Shown here in pieces: positions 53,779 through 63,245 of a stretch of DNA of 64,000 nt. Each line of letters opens with the position of its first letter. Within the stretch, counting starts at the first letter, position 1. The notes beneath the pieces were generated by a model, which did no database searches, had not been told where the DNA came from, and saw nothing but the letters and a program-made list of their open reading frames with translations. The position numbers and the translations under genes are program-made. The stretch lies in contig DASZMQ010000014.1 of assembly GCA_035551775.1 (NCBI GenBank), positions 523,403 to 587,402 of the forward strand, written 5' to 3'. Origin of the DNA: Mucilaginibacter sp. (GTDB lineage Bacteria; Bacteroidota; Bacteroidia; Sphingobacteriales; Sphingobacteriaceae).

Positions 53779-56313
53779 ATGCCGGTTAAAGGAAATCAGT
53801 TTAAAACCAATGCAGTAAAGGACGACAGCAAATCCGACCGTTCGTCATCAAAAAACGAAAAGGAAAAACAGTCGCGGCAAAAACAGGAAAGAAAACCTGT
53901 ATTGAACACCGGAGACGGTCGCCTGGCCAAAATTCTGGGCCTTTTCCTGCTCATCATGTCGGTATTTTTCCTGATCGCCTTCACGTCTTATTTATTCACC
54001 TGGCAGGAGGATCAGAGTTATGTTTCGGCGGCTAACGGCGGCTGGCACAACCTGTTCAAAACCCAGCAGGAGCTGATCGACAACGGCATCAAAAACCCCG
54101 TGGTGGAGAACTGGCTGGGCAAGTTCGGCGCGCTGCTTTCCAACCAGTTTATTTTCGAGTGGTTCGGTGTGGCTTCGTTCCTCTTTGCTTTCGTGTTTTT
54201 CATTATAGGTTACAGGCTATTGTTCAAGGTGCGATTGTACCCTGTAGGCAAAACACTTGGCTATTCGTTATTCCTGCTCATCTTCATTTCGATATTGCTT
54301 GGCTTCTTTCACGCATTTATCAACGATGCCCCACATTTCCTGGAGGGTAATTTCGGCTTTTGGAGCAATCGCCTGCTCGATGCGCAGGTTGGCCAGGCCG
54401 GAACAGCGGGTATATTGTTATTTGCGGCACTAACCGTATTGATCATCGCTTATAATATCGACTTTAAGATACCCGCCCGTAAAAAGAACGAGTTGAATCC
54501 CGATGTAGTTGAAGAGGTGGTACCCGAAGTGTACGAGCGGGAGGAAGATTACCTTTCCAAACCTGTCGAATGGCCAAAGAACAGCAATAAGCTCCGTCGC
54601 GACACACCGATGGAGACCGTTTTGGAAACTCCTGTTTTTCATGAACCTATGGTGCTGAAGCCTGATCCGCTGGCATCGCATGAGCCGGAGATGGAGGACG
54701 AAATACCGCTTACCATCGATACTTCCCGCCCTACCGGCGAGCTGAGCATTGAAAAAGATGATGACGAGAAGGCAAAAAACCTGGTGGCGGAGTTTGGAAT
54801 GTACGATCCGAAGCTCGACCTGGCGTCCTATAAGCACCCAACACTTGACCTGCTCGAAAACTACGGTTCGAACAAGATAAACGTCAATTCCGAAGAGCTT
54901 GAGGCCAACAAGAACAAGATCGTCGAGACGCTGAACCACTATAATATCGATATCGATAAGATCAAGGCGACCATTGGCCCAACCGTGACGCTTTACGAGA
55001 TCATTCCCGCACCGGGCGTGCGTATCTCCAAGATCAAGAACCTGGAGGATGATATCGCGCTTTCGCTGGCTGCTCTCGGTATCCGTATCATCGCGCCTAT
55101 GCCGGGCAAAGGCACCATCGGTATCGAAGTGCCGAATCAGAACCCTGAAATGGTTTCCATGCGTTCCATCCTGGCCACGGAAAAGTTCCAGAACACCACG
55201 ATGGACCTGCCAATAGCTTTGGGTAAGACGATCTCGAACGAAGTATTCATCGCCGACCTGGCCAAAATGCCGCATCTGCTGGTGGCCGGTGCTACGGGCC
55301 AGGGTAAATCGGTAGGTATAAATGCAATTCTAATCTCCCTGCTGTATAAGCGCCACCCGGCTGAGCTGAAATTCGTGCTCGTCGACCCGAAAAAGGTCGA
55401 ATTGACGCTTTACCGCAAAATAGAAAGACATTTTTTGGCCAAATTGCCTGACGAAGGTGACGCGATCATTACCGATACTAAAAAAGTGGTGAATACGCTC
55501 AATTCTCTTTGTATTGAAATGGATCTGCGCTATGACCTGCTGAAGGATGCCGGCGTACGTAACCTGAAGGAATATAACCAGAAATTCATCAACCGCAAGA
55601 TCAGCGACCCGGAAAAGCACCGTTACCTGCCATTCATCGTGCTGGTGATCGACGAGTTTGCCGACCTGATGATGACCGCGGGCAAGGAGGTGGAAATGCC
55701 AATAGCGCGTTTAGCTCAACTGGCCCGTGCGGTGGGTATCCACCTGGTGATCGCAACACAGAGACCGTCGGTGAATATCATTACCGGTACTATTAAGGCC
55801 AACTTCCCGTCGAGGCTGGCATTTAGGGTACTGTCCAAGATCGACTCGCGTACCATCCTGGATGCCGGCGGCGCTGACCAGCTGATCGGTCGCGGGGATA
55901 TGCTGTTGTCAACCGGCAGCGATCTGATCCGCTTGCAATGCGCCTTCGTGGATACGCCTGACGTGGAAAAAGTATCTGATTTTATCGGCAACCAGCGCGC
56001 CTACCCGACAGCATTCCTGCTTCCGGAATATGTGGGCGAAGGCGAAGCATCAAGCCCTAAGGATTTCGACCCCGAGAACCGCGACCCGATGTTCGAGGAG
56101 GCTGCACGGCTGATAGTGATGCATCAGCAAGGCTCAACGTCACTAATCCAGCGCAAACTGAAATTGGGCTACAACCGCGCAGGCCGCATTATTGACCAGC
56201 TGGAAGCGGCAGGCATTGTTGGACCTTTTGAAGGCAGCAAGGCCCGGGAAGTGCTGTTTTCTGATGAATACAGCCTTGAAAAACACCTGGAAACGCTGCA
56301 AAAAACAATTTGA
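53779..56313 (+). CDS. ftsK: DNA translocase FtsK
   Basis: 844 aa. N-terminal TM segments, a linker, and a motor with Walker A (GATGQGKSVGINA) and Walker B (IVLVIDEFADLM). C-terminal gamma winged helix (STSLIQRKLKLGYNRAGRIIDQLE). Confidence 0.95.
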   Translation: MPVKGNQFKTNAVKDDSKSDRSSSKNEKEKQSRQKQERKPVLNTGDGRLAKILGLFLLIMSVFFLIAFTSYLFTWQEDQSYVSAANGGWHNLFKTQQELIDNGIKNPVVENWLGKFGALLSNQFIFEWFGVASFLFAFVFFIIGYRLLFKVRLYPVGKTLGYSLFLLIFISILLGFFHAFINDAPHFLEGNFGFWSNRLLDAQVGQAGTAGILLFAALTVLIIAYNIDFKIPARKKNELNPDVVEEVVPEVYEREEDYLSKPVEWPKNSNKLRRDTPMETVLETPVFHEPMVLKPDPLASHEPEMEDEIPLTIDTSRPTGELSIEKDDDEKAKNLVAEFGMYDPKLDLASYKHPTLDLLENYGSNKINVNSEELEANKNKIVETLNHYNIDIDKIKATIGPTVTLYEIIPAPGVRISKIKNLEDDIALSLAALGIRIIAPMPGKGTIGIEVPNQNPEMVSMRSILATEKFQNTTMDLPIALGKTISNEVFIADLAKMPHLLVAGATGQGKSVGINAILISLLYKRHPAELKFVLVDPKKVELTLYRKIERHFLAKLPDEGDAIITDTKKVVNTLNSLCIEMDLRYDLLKDAGVRNLKEYNQKFINRKISDPEKHRYLPFIVLVIDEFADLMMTAGKEVEMPIARLAQLARAVGIHLVIATQRPSVNIITGTIKANFPSRLAFRVLSKIDSRTILDAGGADQLIGRGDMLLSTGSDLIRLQCAFVDTPDVEKVSDFIGNQRAYPTAFLLPEYVGEGEASSPKDFDPENRDPMFEEAARLIVMHQQGSTSLIQRKLKLGYNRAGRIIDQLEAAGIVGPFEGSKAREVLFSDEYSLEKHLETLQKTI

Positions 56314-56372
56314 ATGGTGAATGGTCAATAGTGAAAAGTCGATCAAATTCACCATTGACTATTCACCATTGA
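56311..56372. terminator. Imperfect 25-nt inverted repeat of GAATGGTGAAT words after ftsK
   Basis: The reverse complement of the left arm (56311-56335) matches the right arm (56348-56372) at 22 of 25 positions by hand alignment. The left arm starts on the ftsK stop codon. Confidence 0.5.
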
Positions 56373-56390
56373 CAAAACAGTATATTACAA

Positions 56391-57065
56391 ATGAAAAAAT
56401 TAACCATCATATCCGTAATTCTGATAACAACAGCTTACAACGCCTTCGCACAAAAAGACGCTGACGCACAAAAAATACTGAATGCCGTCAGCAAAAAATA
56501 CAAGTCGTATAATATGATGAAGGCCGATTTCAGCTTTACGCTGGACGAACAGATGTCGAACATCAAGGACACACAGGTAGGCACACTGATATCCCAGCCG
56601 AGGGCCAACAAGTTTAAAGTGATCATTTACAGCCCGGAAGATAAAACTACGGTAACACAGGAGATCATCAGCGACGGCAAAAGCCAGTGGACTTATGTGA
56701 AAAAAGACAAAGAAGTTGAATTAAATAACGTCGACCACAGCGAGGATAACCTGAACCCGGCCCAGATGTTTACACTCTACGAACACGGCTACAAATACAT
56801 TTACAACGGCGAGCAAAAAATTGACGGCAAGATATGCCAGGTCATCGACCTGACGCCGGAAGACGCAAAAAAACAATTCTTCAAGGTGCGCCTGTCCATC
56901 GATAAAGCTAAAAAACAGATTTACAGCGCGGTGATATTCGATAAGAACGGCAGTAAATACACTTATGTGATCCGTACGTTTACGCCAAACCCCAAACTGC
57001 CGGAAACGATCTTTACTTTTGATAAAAAGAGTTATCCGGGTGTTGAAGTGGTGGATCTTCGATAA
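56391..57065 (+). CDS. LolA-like outer-membrane lipoprotein carrier family protein
   Basis: Signal peptide. 224 aa. F.F..........GTL pattern (ADFSFTLDEQMSNIKDTQVGTLI). The position after ftsK is conserved in Bacteroidota. Confidence 0.7.
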   Translation: MKKLTIISVILITTAYNAFAQKDADAQKILNAVSKKYKSYNMMKADFSFTLDEQMSNIKDTQVGTLISQPRANKFKVIIYSPEDKTTVTQEIISDGKSQWTYVKKDKEVELNNVDHSEDNLNPAQMFTLYEHGYKYIYNGEQKIDGKICQVIDLTPEDAKKQFFKVRLSIDKAKKQIYSAVIFDKNGSKYTYVIRTFTPNPKLPETIFTFDKKSYPGVEVVDLR

Positions 57066-57076
57066 CGATCAAACAA

Positions 57077-57301
57077 ATGGTCACGCAAATTCAATTACTA
57101 TCCGTGCTTATGTGTCCGCAATGCGGGTATCAGAAGGAAGAAACGATGCCTACGGACGCGTGCCAGTACTTTTACGTCTGTGAAAATTGCCAAGAAACCT
57201 TAAAGCCCATTCAAGGTGATTGCTGTGTGTTTTGCAGTTATGGAACGGTAAAATGTCCGCCGGTGCAGCAAGGCTCATCGTGTTGTAGCCCGAAGTTGTA
57301 A
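57077..57301 (+). CDS. GDCCVxC-domain small Cys-rich protein
   Basis: CPQCGYQKEETMPTDACQYFYVCENCQETLKPIQGDCCVFCSYGTVKCPPVQ matches the GDCCVxC-domain (seleno)protein family pattern, here with Cys throughout. The true start may be the internal MCPQCG. Confidence 0.7.
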   Translation: MVTQIQLLSVLMCPQCGYQKEETMPTDACQYFYVCENCQETLKPIQGDCCVFCSYGTVKCPPVQQGSSCCSPKL

Positions 57302-57386
57302 GCCAAATCTAAAAGGGGAAAAGAATAAGGTTTAGATCTGGACGACCTAAAGCTATAAAAAAATAACTAAATAGATAGTTAAAACT

Positions 57387-57418
57387 AAAAAAAACTGACG
57401 TACAGGTCAGTTTTTTTT
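57387..57418. terminator. Bidirectional rho-independent terminator
   Basis: AAAAAAAACTGAC-gtacag-GTCAGTTTTTTTT, with an A-tract and a T-tract flanking a hairpin. It lies between convergent genes. Confidence 0.75.
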
Positions 57419-57544
57419 ATTCTCAGGGTTAAAAGTTTATCTCTTCGACAGTAACTGGCTCGTTGAAAGTGCTATAGCGCAGCCAACGCGGAGAAATTTT
57501 GAAATGGACAAGTCCAGGCCAGTTTGCCGCTCGCTCGCAGGTCT

Positions 57545-58024
57545 TTATTGCTTGATGAATTTTATTTGTTCATAACGCTGTCCTTGCGTCGTTGATGCAT
57601 TTGAGGTCAGTACCAGCGAGTCGGCATTTGTCCGGATATTAAAGGGAGGCGAATTCGTGGGTATCGTGCTCACATTGCCGTTTTGGTTAACGTAAATATT
57701 AAGCCAGTTCAATACATAGCTATTTGAAACATCATAAGTAGCCGTATCAATAGTATTGCCTCCGAAAGCTTCACTGATATACAGGTTTCCGTACTTGGTG
57801 AAAATGTAGTGGTCGCCGGCAGTTCCCTTATAATTGATATTGATGCCCTGGTAAGAAAGCGAGTCACTTATAATATTCCACTTGCCCACGAGCACAGTAT
57901 TGGAAATCAATGTCGTACTGGTATCCAGTCTCGGACTGGTAATTGCCGGAATGTTATCTTTTGAACATGAACTGAGCAAATAAGAATAGAGGATAACAGA
58001 AAAAAGCACAATAATGTATCTCAT
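57545..58024 (-). CDS. Lipocalin-like small lipoprotein (paralog of 34119-34574)
   Basis: Lipobox LLSSCSK. VGKWNIISDSLSYQ... shares order and spacing of motifs with the 34119 gene. Confidence 0.55.
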   Translation of the reverse strand: MRYIIVLFSVILYSYLLSSCSKDNIPAITSPRLDTSTTLISNTVLVGKWNIISDSLSYQGININYKGTAGDHYIFTKYGNLYISEAFGGNTIDTATYDVSNSYVLNWLNIYVNQNGNVSTIPTNSPPFNIRTNADSLVLTSNASTTQGQRYEQIKFIKQ

Positions 58025-58103
58025 AACTTGAGTGTTTATATTGGTTTGTTTAAAGTGATACGCATATTTAAAGTTTAATGATACAAATTCCCAGGTAAAA
58101 AAG

Positions 58104-58538
58104 CTAAAATATTAACTCTTCTATTATGGCAGGAACATTAAAATTACTATACCGTACCCATTTTGGTGTTACTTTGATATACACAAGACCTGGCCACGTT
58201 TCAAAGCGCCCGCGTCCGTCCGGCCAGGTTTCAAAATAGATCTCGCGATAGTTATCCGCGCTTGCATCATTGTCCAAAACTTCAGCGATGCCTTCGTATT
58301 GCACGGTGGTCTCGTTGTCCCAACCAACCACCATAGAAATGTTAGGATGATGTATAATATTGTCATATTTCCTGGATGATGTGACCGTATCGAATATGAT
58401 CTCCAGTTCAGGTGTGACCGCAATGCCCACCAGTGCCGATTCAGGTTTGCCCGAACGGTTTATTGTTGAAACTACAGCAAGTTTGCACTGGCTGATGAGT
58501 TTATATACATCATCTTTCATAAGATTACCGGCTTTCAT
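58104..58538 (-). CDS. Pyridoxamine 5'-phosphate oxidase-like FMN-binding split-barrel protein
   Basis: 144 aa. LAVVSTINRSGKPESALVGIAV...IIFDT pattern typical of the PNPOx-like family. Confidence 0.7.
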   Translation of the reverse strand: MKAGNLMKDDVYKLISQCKLAVVSTINRSGKPESALVGIAVTPELEIIFDTVTSSRKYDNIIHHPNISMVVGWDNETTVQYEGIAEVLDNDASADNYREIYFETWPDGRGRFETWPGLVYIKVTPKWVRYSNFNVPAIIEELIF

Positions 58539-58662
58539 ACAATATTAAGCATTCTGCTAATTCATTAATTCGGTAAATGGCGAAGCCTTCTTGAGCACCT
58601 TAAAAAAATAGATCATATTGCGAAAAATTCCGGTTCAGACAAAAAGTTTTAGCTTTACGGCA

Positions 58663-59460
58663 ATGGGTAAACTGCAGTTCAGCGGGAAATGGGTATTGGT
58701 CACGGGAGCATCTTCCGGCCTGGGCGAGGAAATTGCACGCCAATTAGCCCAAAAACATCACGCTAATTTGATCCTGCTTGCCCGCCGCAAAGAGAAGCTG
58801 GAACAATTGAAAACCGAACTGGAAGGGCAGGTCAAAGTTAAGGTCATCACCGCCGATCTTACCAAATTGGACGAAGTTGACGAGGTGCTGGATGAAATTC
58901 TCAAACACGACCTCTATTCTGCCATCCTGAATGCGGGTGTCACTTATTTCGGTCCGCACGAAGAATTGGAATGGAACGATTTTGAAACCATGCTGCAGAC
59001 CAATGTGGTCAGCACCATACGTATGACCAACCGCCTGGTGAATCACTTTGAAGAAAGTGGGAAAGAGGGCGGTTTGCTCATTGTTTCCAGCATGGCTGCC
59101 GTGATCCCTATTCCCTACCAGGCGGCTTATTCGGGTACCAAATCGTTCATCCTCAGTTTTGCAACAGCCTTGCGCCATGAACTGAAAAACAAGTATTTCT
59201 CGATCACAGTTTACACACCCGGCGGCATCGTATCCGAGATGACAGCCGGCGAGAAATTCAACGACCTGCGAACGTGGCTAATGCCGGTTGATGAAGCGGC
59301 TAACAAAGCCATTAAGGCATTCAGCGAACGAAAACACACTTATATTCCGGGATTTACAAACAAGCTGGGCGGCCTGGTGATAAGGTTTCTACCGAAAAGA
59401 TTCATTCTCGGCAGGATGAGTAAAGTTTATGGCAAATCGTTATTCAAAAACAGGTCATAA
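58663..59460 (+). CDS. Short-chain dehydrogenase/reductase (SDR)
   Basis: TGASSGLG cofactor motif, NAG, and catalytic YxxxK (YSGTK). ATG 58663 is preferred over the track's TTG at 58618. Confidence 0.85.
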   Translation: MGKLQFSGKWVLVTGASSGLGEEIARQLAQKHHANLILLARRKEKLEQLKTELEGQVKVKVITADLTKLDEVDEVLDEILKHDLYSAILNAGVTYFGPHEELEWNDFETMLQTNVVSTIRMTNRLVNHFEESGKEGGLLIVSSMAAVIPIPYQAAYSGTKSFILSFATALRHELKNKYFSITVYTPGGIVSEMTAGEKFNDLRTWLMPVDEAANKAIKAFSERKHTYIPGFTNKLGGLVIRFLPKRFILGRMSKVYGKSLFKNRS

Positions 59461-59461
59461 C

Positions 59462-59510
59462 TTTCAAAATATTTCAAAATCTCACATCTCAAATCTCACA
59501 TCTCAAATCT
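59462..59510. repeat. Tandem words TTCAAAAT x2 and CTCACATCTCAAAT x2
   Basis: ctttcaaaatatttcaaaat ctcacatctcaaat ctcacatctcaaat ct, read directly. The two 14-mers are at 59481-59494 and 59495-59508. Confidence 0.7.
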
Positions 59511-59518
59511 ATTATCGC

Positions 59519-59526
59519 TATTTTTG
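59519..59526 (+). promoter_or_regulatory. Candidate -7 box TATTTTTG, 5 nt before the ATG
   Basis: Exact TAnnTTTG. The ATG is at 59532. Confidence 0.35.
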
Positions 59527-59531
59527 AGTCG

Positions 59532-59804
59532 ATGCTTACGCCGACTACCCATACGCTTGAAAAACTCGAAACACTCCTCCGCAGCGCCGGTTATAAAGTA
59601 CGATACGAGAAAGGCAATTTTAAAACAGGGGCGTGTATGCTGTTAAGCAGTAAAATAGTGGTGGTGAACAAATTTTCGAACCTGGAAAGCAAGATCCAAG
59701 CCATCGCCGACCTTATCCGCGAACTGGAGATCGATCAAAACCAACTCGATGATAAGCAGGTTGTCTTTCTGCAACAGATCAAACAAACAAGGCTACAGTT
59801 GTGA
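59532..59804 (+). CDS. Small conserved hypothetical protein, translationally coupled to the MBL-fold gene
   Basis: 90 aa. The stop overlaps the GTG start of the next gene (GTGA). No motif recognised. Confidence 0.5.
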   Translation: MLTPTTHTLEKLETLLRSAGYKVRYEKGNFKTGACMLLSSKIVVVNKFSNLESKIQAIADLIRELEIDQNQLDDKQVVFLQQIKQTRLQL

Positions 59805-60565
59805 CCGTCACTTTCTTAGGCACCGGAACTTCACAAGGCGTACCCGTTATAGCCTGCAACTGCGAGGTATGTACCTCGCCAGATCCGCGTGACAAACGCC
59901 TGCGTTCCTCCATCCTGATCGAAGCTGATGATAAGGTAGTCGTCATCGATTCGGGCCCGGATTTCCGCTACCAGATGCTGCGCGCTAAAGTAAAACACCT
60001 GGATGCCATTGTCTTCACCCACGAGCATAAGGATCACATCGCCGGGATGGACGATATACGCGCTTTCAACTACCGCCAGGAGTCGGCAATCGACCTGTAT
60101 GCCACTACACGGGTACAGGAAGCCTTAAAAAGGGAATTTTCTTATGTTTTCGCCGAAATGAAATATCCCGGTATCCCGGAGGTGAACCTGAAGACCATCG
60201 ACCTGAAACCTTTCAACATCGGCAATATCAATTTCAGACCCATCGAGGTGATGCATTACAAGCTGCCGGTCCTGGGTTTCCGCATCGGCGATTTCACTTA
60301 CATTACTGACGCCAAAACCATTTCGGAGCACGAAAAACAAAAGATCAAAGGCACGAAGACACTGGTGATCAACGCGCTGCAGATCGAAAAACATATCTCC
60401 CATTTCACATTTGTAGAGGCTATTGCTTTCGCCAAAGAGATAGGGGCAGAAAAAACCTATTTCACGCATATCAGCCACCGGTTGGGCAGGCATGAATCCA
60501 TTTTAGGCCTTCTGCCAAAAAACATCACACTGGCTTTTGATGGGCTGGTTTTAAATCTTCAATAA
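59801..60565 (+). CDS. MBL-fold metallo-hydrolase (PhnP/GPMB-like)
   Basis: FLGTGTSQGVP, HxHxDH variant THEHKDHIAG, and a Cys-rich zinc ribbon near the N-terminus (CNCEVC). Confidence 0.85.
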   Translation: MTVTFLGTGTSQGVPVIACNCEVCTSPDPRDKRLRSSILIEADDKVVVIDSGPDFRYQMLRAKVKHLDAIVFTHEHKDHIAGMDDIRAFNYRQESAIDLYATTRVQEALKREFSYVFAEMKYPGIPEVNLKTIDLKPFNIGNINFRPIEVMHYKLPVLGFRIGDFTYITDAKTISEHEKQKIKGTKTLVINALQIEKHISHFTFVEAIAFAKEIGAEKTYFTHISHRLGRHESILGLLPKNITLAFDGLVLNLQ

Positions 60566-60569
60566 ACTA

Positions 60570-60692
60570 TGTCATTGCGAGGAATAAGGTTGGCCATGTG
60601 AAATGGGGTGACGAAGCAATCTCATTGTATGCATGGCGACGAGGTTGCTTCGTCGCTGCCGCCCGCTAACCACTCCGCTCCTCGCAATGACA
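60570..60692. repeat. Nested-palindrome intergenic element, copy B
   Basis: TGTCATTGCGAGGA (60570-60583) / TCCTCGCAATGACA (60679-60692). Inner stem GACGAAGCAATCTC / GAGGTTGCTTCGTC. Same orientation and same junction (AATAAACTA) as copy A. Confidence 0.85.
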
Positions 60693-60706
60693 TATTTTTT
60701 AGTGCT

Positions 60707-61183
60707 TCACAATTTCACCAAACTCACCCTGTCTATCGCCGCCTTGCATTTATTATGACTTCCCTTATTGCGCAGGTCGATACGCCCGCGGATAGTGATG
60801 GATCTGTTGTTGATCTGCGTGAAACCACCATCGTTATATTCGAACAATCCCTGGTGCGTACCGGTAAGGTACAGAGGGCAATCCTGGCTGAAATTCACCC
60901 AAAGGCCGTCTGAGTCGCTTGCGGGTGAACCATCACTGAACAAAGCAGACAATTCTTTGTCTTCGCGGTATCTGCCCGATATCTCCACGTATTGCTGGTC
61001 AAAATTTGCGATGCTATCCATCAATTGCCGAAAGCTTACCGGTTTGAAATTGACATCCAGGTCGCAGTTGCTTTTATAAACTTTTGGATCGTGTTTGCAC
61101 GATTGCAGGGCGCAGCAAAGCATTGCAGCCGCGGTCAGAGCAGTAAAATAACAGAAGGCTTGTCGTGGTTGGGGTAAAGCCAT
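60707..61183 (-). CDS. Probable lipoprotein, function unknown
   Basis: Start MALPQPRQAFCYFTALTAAAMLCCALQSCKH (ATG at complement of 61181-61183). The longer track ORF (to 61309) has an implausible N-terminus. Confidence 0.45.
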   Translation of the reverse strand: MALPQPRQAFCYFTALTAAAMLCCALQSCKHDPKVYKSNCDLDVNFKPVSFRQLMDSIANFDQQYVEISGRYREDKELSALFSDGSPASDSDGLWVNFSQDCPLYLTGTHQGLFEYNDGGFTQINNRSITIRGRIDLRNKGSHNKCKAAIDRVSLVKL

Positions 61184-61359
61184 AACAATCGTTTTGAGCA
61201 GATGTAAATATTTTTTTCTGGAGAACGGTGACATTGTGACATCAAAATTAATGAATGGTTTAATGTCAACGCATTTTTTACATTCTGCATCCATAAAAAT
61301 CCGCGACAAGCGATCTAAAAACTTAATATTGTAATTAACATCCCTAATACAGGTAAAAG

Positions 61360-62895
61360 ATGAAAAAGTTATCCCTTGCGTTGCTCATCCTGGCTGCGTT
61401 TACCGTTCGCGCCCAGCAAAAGATTATACCGCTTTACAGTGGCGCGGCCCCTGGTTCTGAAAATTGGAATTACGACGAAAAACTGGCGCCCTCTGCAACC
61501 GATCCGCTGGCATATGACGTTTCGCATCCTACGCTTACGGTTTACAGGCCCGATCCCCGGTTCAATACCGGAACGGCAGTAGTAGTTTGCCCCGGCGGAG
61601 GGTTCTTTATCCTGGCGGTCAAAAACGAGGGCAGCGACGTGGCAAACTGGCTTACCCAAAAGGGTATCACCGTATTCCTTTTAAAATACCGCACCGGGCA
61701 CAGCCTGACAAATGATCCGGGTAAGGAAGTATGGGATAACATACATAAACCTGGTTTTGAAGATAAGGTCAAACCCATCATTCCGTTGGCAATTGCCGAT
61801 GGCAGGGCCGCCATAGCCTATGTTCGCGCCCATGCAACCGAATATGGCATCTCACGTTCACGTATAGGAATTATCGGCTTTTCAGCCGGCGGGACGGTCA
61901 CCGCATCAACCGCCTATAATTATACGCCCGAAAACAAGCCCGATTTCGTCGCCCCGATATATGCCTACATGCCGCCTGCGCTTCAAGGCACTATTGCGGC
62001 CGATGCACCTCCCATGTTCCTGGCCGCCGCAATGGACGATGATCTCGCCCTCGACTCGCATTCCATTGACTTGTATAATAAATGGAAAGCCTCCAAACAC
62101 TCTGTTGAGCTGCATATTTATGCCAAAGGCGGGCACGGGTTCGGCATGCACAGGCAAAATATCCCTACTGACAATTGGATAGACCGTTTTGGCGATTGGC
62201 TCGACCAGCAGGGATTTTTAAAAGCAACCGACCCCAAGGTGGCCGAGGCCATAGCAAATGTCAACAAACCCGACTGGCCGAACCTGAGAAAGTATGACGA
62301 AACAAACAGCAAAGTTCCTGCACCCGCCGCGGGTGAAAAACGCGTAGTGTTCATGGGCAATTCGATCACCGAGGGCTGGAAATACTCGGATTCAGCTTTC
62401 TTCTCCGGCAGGTCTTATTATGACCGGGGTATCAGCGGACAAACCACGCCGCAGATGCTTGTGCGTTTTCGCGAAGATGTGGTTAACCTGCATCCTTCGG
62501 TCGTTGTGATATTGGCCGGCATTAATGATATTGCTCAAAACACAGGCCCCATCAAACTGGAGGACACCTACGGCAATATCCGCTCGATGGTGGAGCTGGC
62601 GAAGGCGGCGCATATCAAAGTGGTGATCTCATCAGTGCTGCCCGCCAACCGTTTATCCTGGAGACCGTCGATCGACCCCGCAGAAAAAGTCATCCAGCTG
62701 AATAAAATGCTGAAGGACTATGCCGACGCAAACAAAATAGTTTACCTGGATTACTACTCGGCTATGGTCGACGATAAAAAGGGCCTGCCCAAAAACCTGT
62801 CATCTGATGGTGTTCATCCTACGCTTGAAGGATATAAAGTGATGGAACCGATGGTTGAAAAGGCCATTGATGAAGCGATGAAAAGGAAGAAGTAA
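61360..62895 (+). CDS. Two-domain secreted esterase: alpha/beta-hydrolase fused to SGNH/GDSL hydrolase
   Basis: The N-terminal half has the oxyanion-type CPGGGF, nucleophile elbow GFSAGG and GGHGF. The C-terminal half has FMGNSITEGW, GISGQT, AGINDI and DGVHPT (SGNH blocks I, II, III, V). Confidence 0.8.
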   Translation: MKKLSLALLILAAFTVRAQQKIIPLYSGAAPGSENWNYDEKLAPSATDPLAYDVSHPTLTVYRPDPRFNTGTAVVVCPGGGFFILAVKNEGSDVANWLTQKGITVFLLKYRTGHSLTNDPGKEVWDNIHKPGFEDKVKPIIPLAIADGRAAIAYVRAHATEYGISRSRIGIIGFSAGGTVTASTAYNYTPENKPDFVAPIYAYMPPALQGTIAADAPPMFLAAAMDDDLALDSHSIDLYNKWKASKHSVELHIYAKGGHGFGMHRQNIPTDNWIDRFGDWLDQQGFLKATDPKVAEAIANVNKPDWPNLRKYDETNSKVPAPAAGEKRVVFMGNSITEGWKYSDSAFFSGRSYYDRGISGQTTPQMLVRFREDVVNLHPSVVVILAGINDIAQNTGPIKLEDTYGNIRSMVELAKAAHIKVVISSVLPANRLSWRPSIDPAEKVIQLNKMLKDYADANKIVYLDYYSAMVDDKKGLPKNLSSDGVHPTLEGYKVMEPMVEKAIDEAMKRKK

Positions 62896-62896
62896 A

Positions 62897-63196
62897 ATGA
62901 TAGCAAGACACTGGAAAGGGCTGGCAAAAAACGAAAGGGCCGCCGACTACATTGAACACCTGCAAAACGAAACATTTAAAACATTAGCGGGCATGGATGG
63001 CTTTGTAAAAGCGACTATTTTATCCCGTAAATTCAAAGAAGGCACAGAATTCCTCGTGATTACTGAGTGGCGTGATATCGATGCTATCAAACAATTTGCT
63101 GGTGAAGCCTTTGAAACAGCGGTGGTTCCGCAAGCTGCCCGCGACATGATGATCAGCTTTGACCCGGCGGTAAGCCATTATGAGATACGAACATAG
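62897..63196 (+). CDS. Small dimeric alpha+beta barrel (ABM-like) protein
   Basis: 99 aa. The ..FLVITEWRDIDAIKQFAG.. pattern resembles antibiotic-biosynthesis-monooxygenase-like domains. The start is 1 nt after the upstream stop. Inference. Confidence 0.4.
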   Translation: MIARHWKGLAKNERAADYIEHLQNETFKTLAGMDGFVKATILSRKFKEGTEFLVITEWRDIDAIKQFAGEAFETAVVPQAARDMMISFDPAVSHYEIRT

Positions 63197-63245
63197 TACG
63201 CATTTGCCTAACGTCATTGTATCAGATTTGACGATACTTCAATAG

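Noticed and set aside
54430-55275. 281-aa minus-strand ORF inside ftsK
   Set aside because: It is antisense to the FtsK motor domain, which contains Walker A and B. Its translation is Arg/His/Leu-rich without motifs, so it is a shadow ORF.
60608-60913. 101-aa ORF MTKQSHCMHGDEVASS...
   Set aside because: It starts inside the nested-palindrome repeat and continues antisense to the 60707-61183 gene. The peptide is an artefact of translating the repeat.
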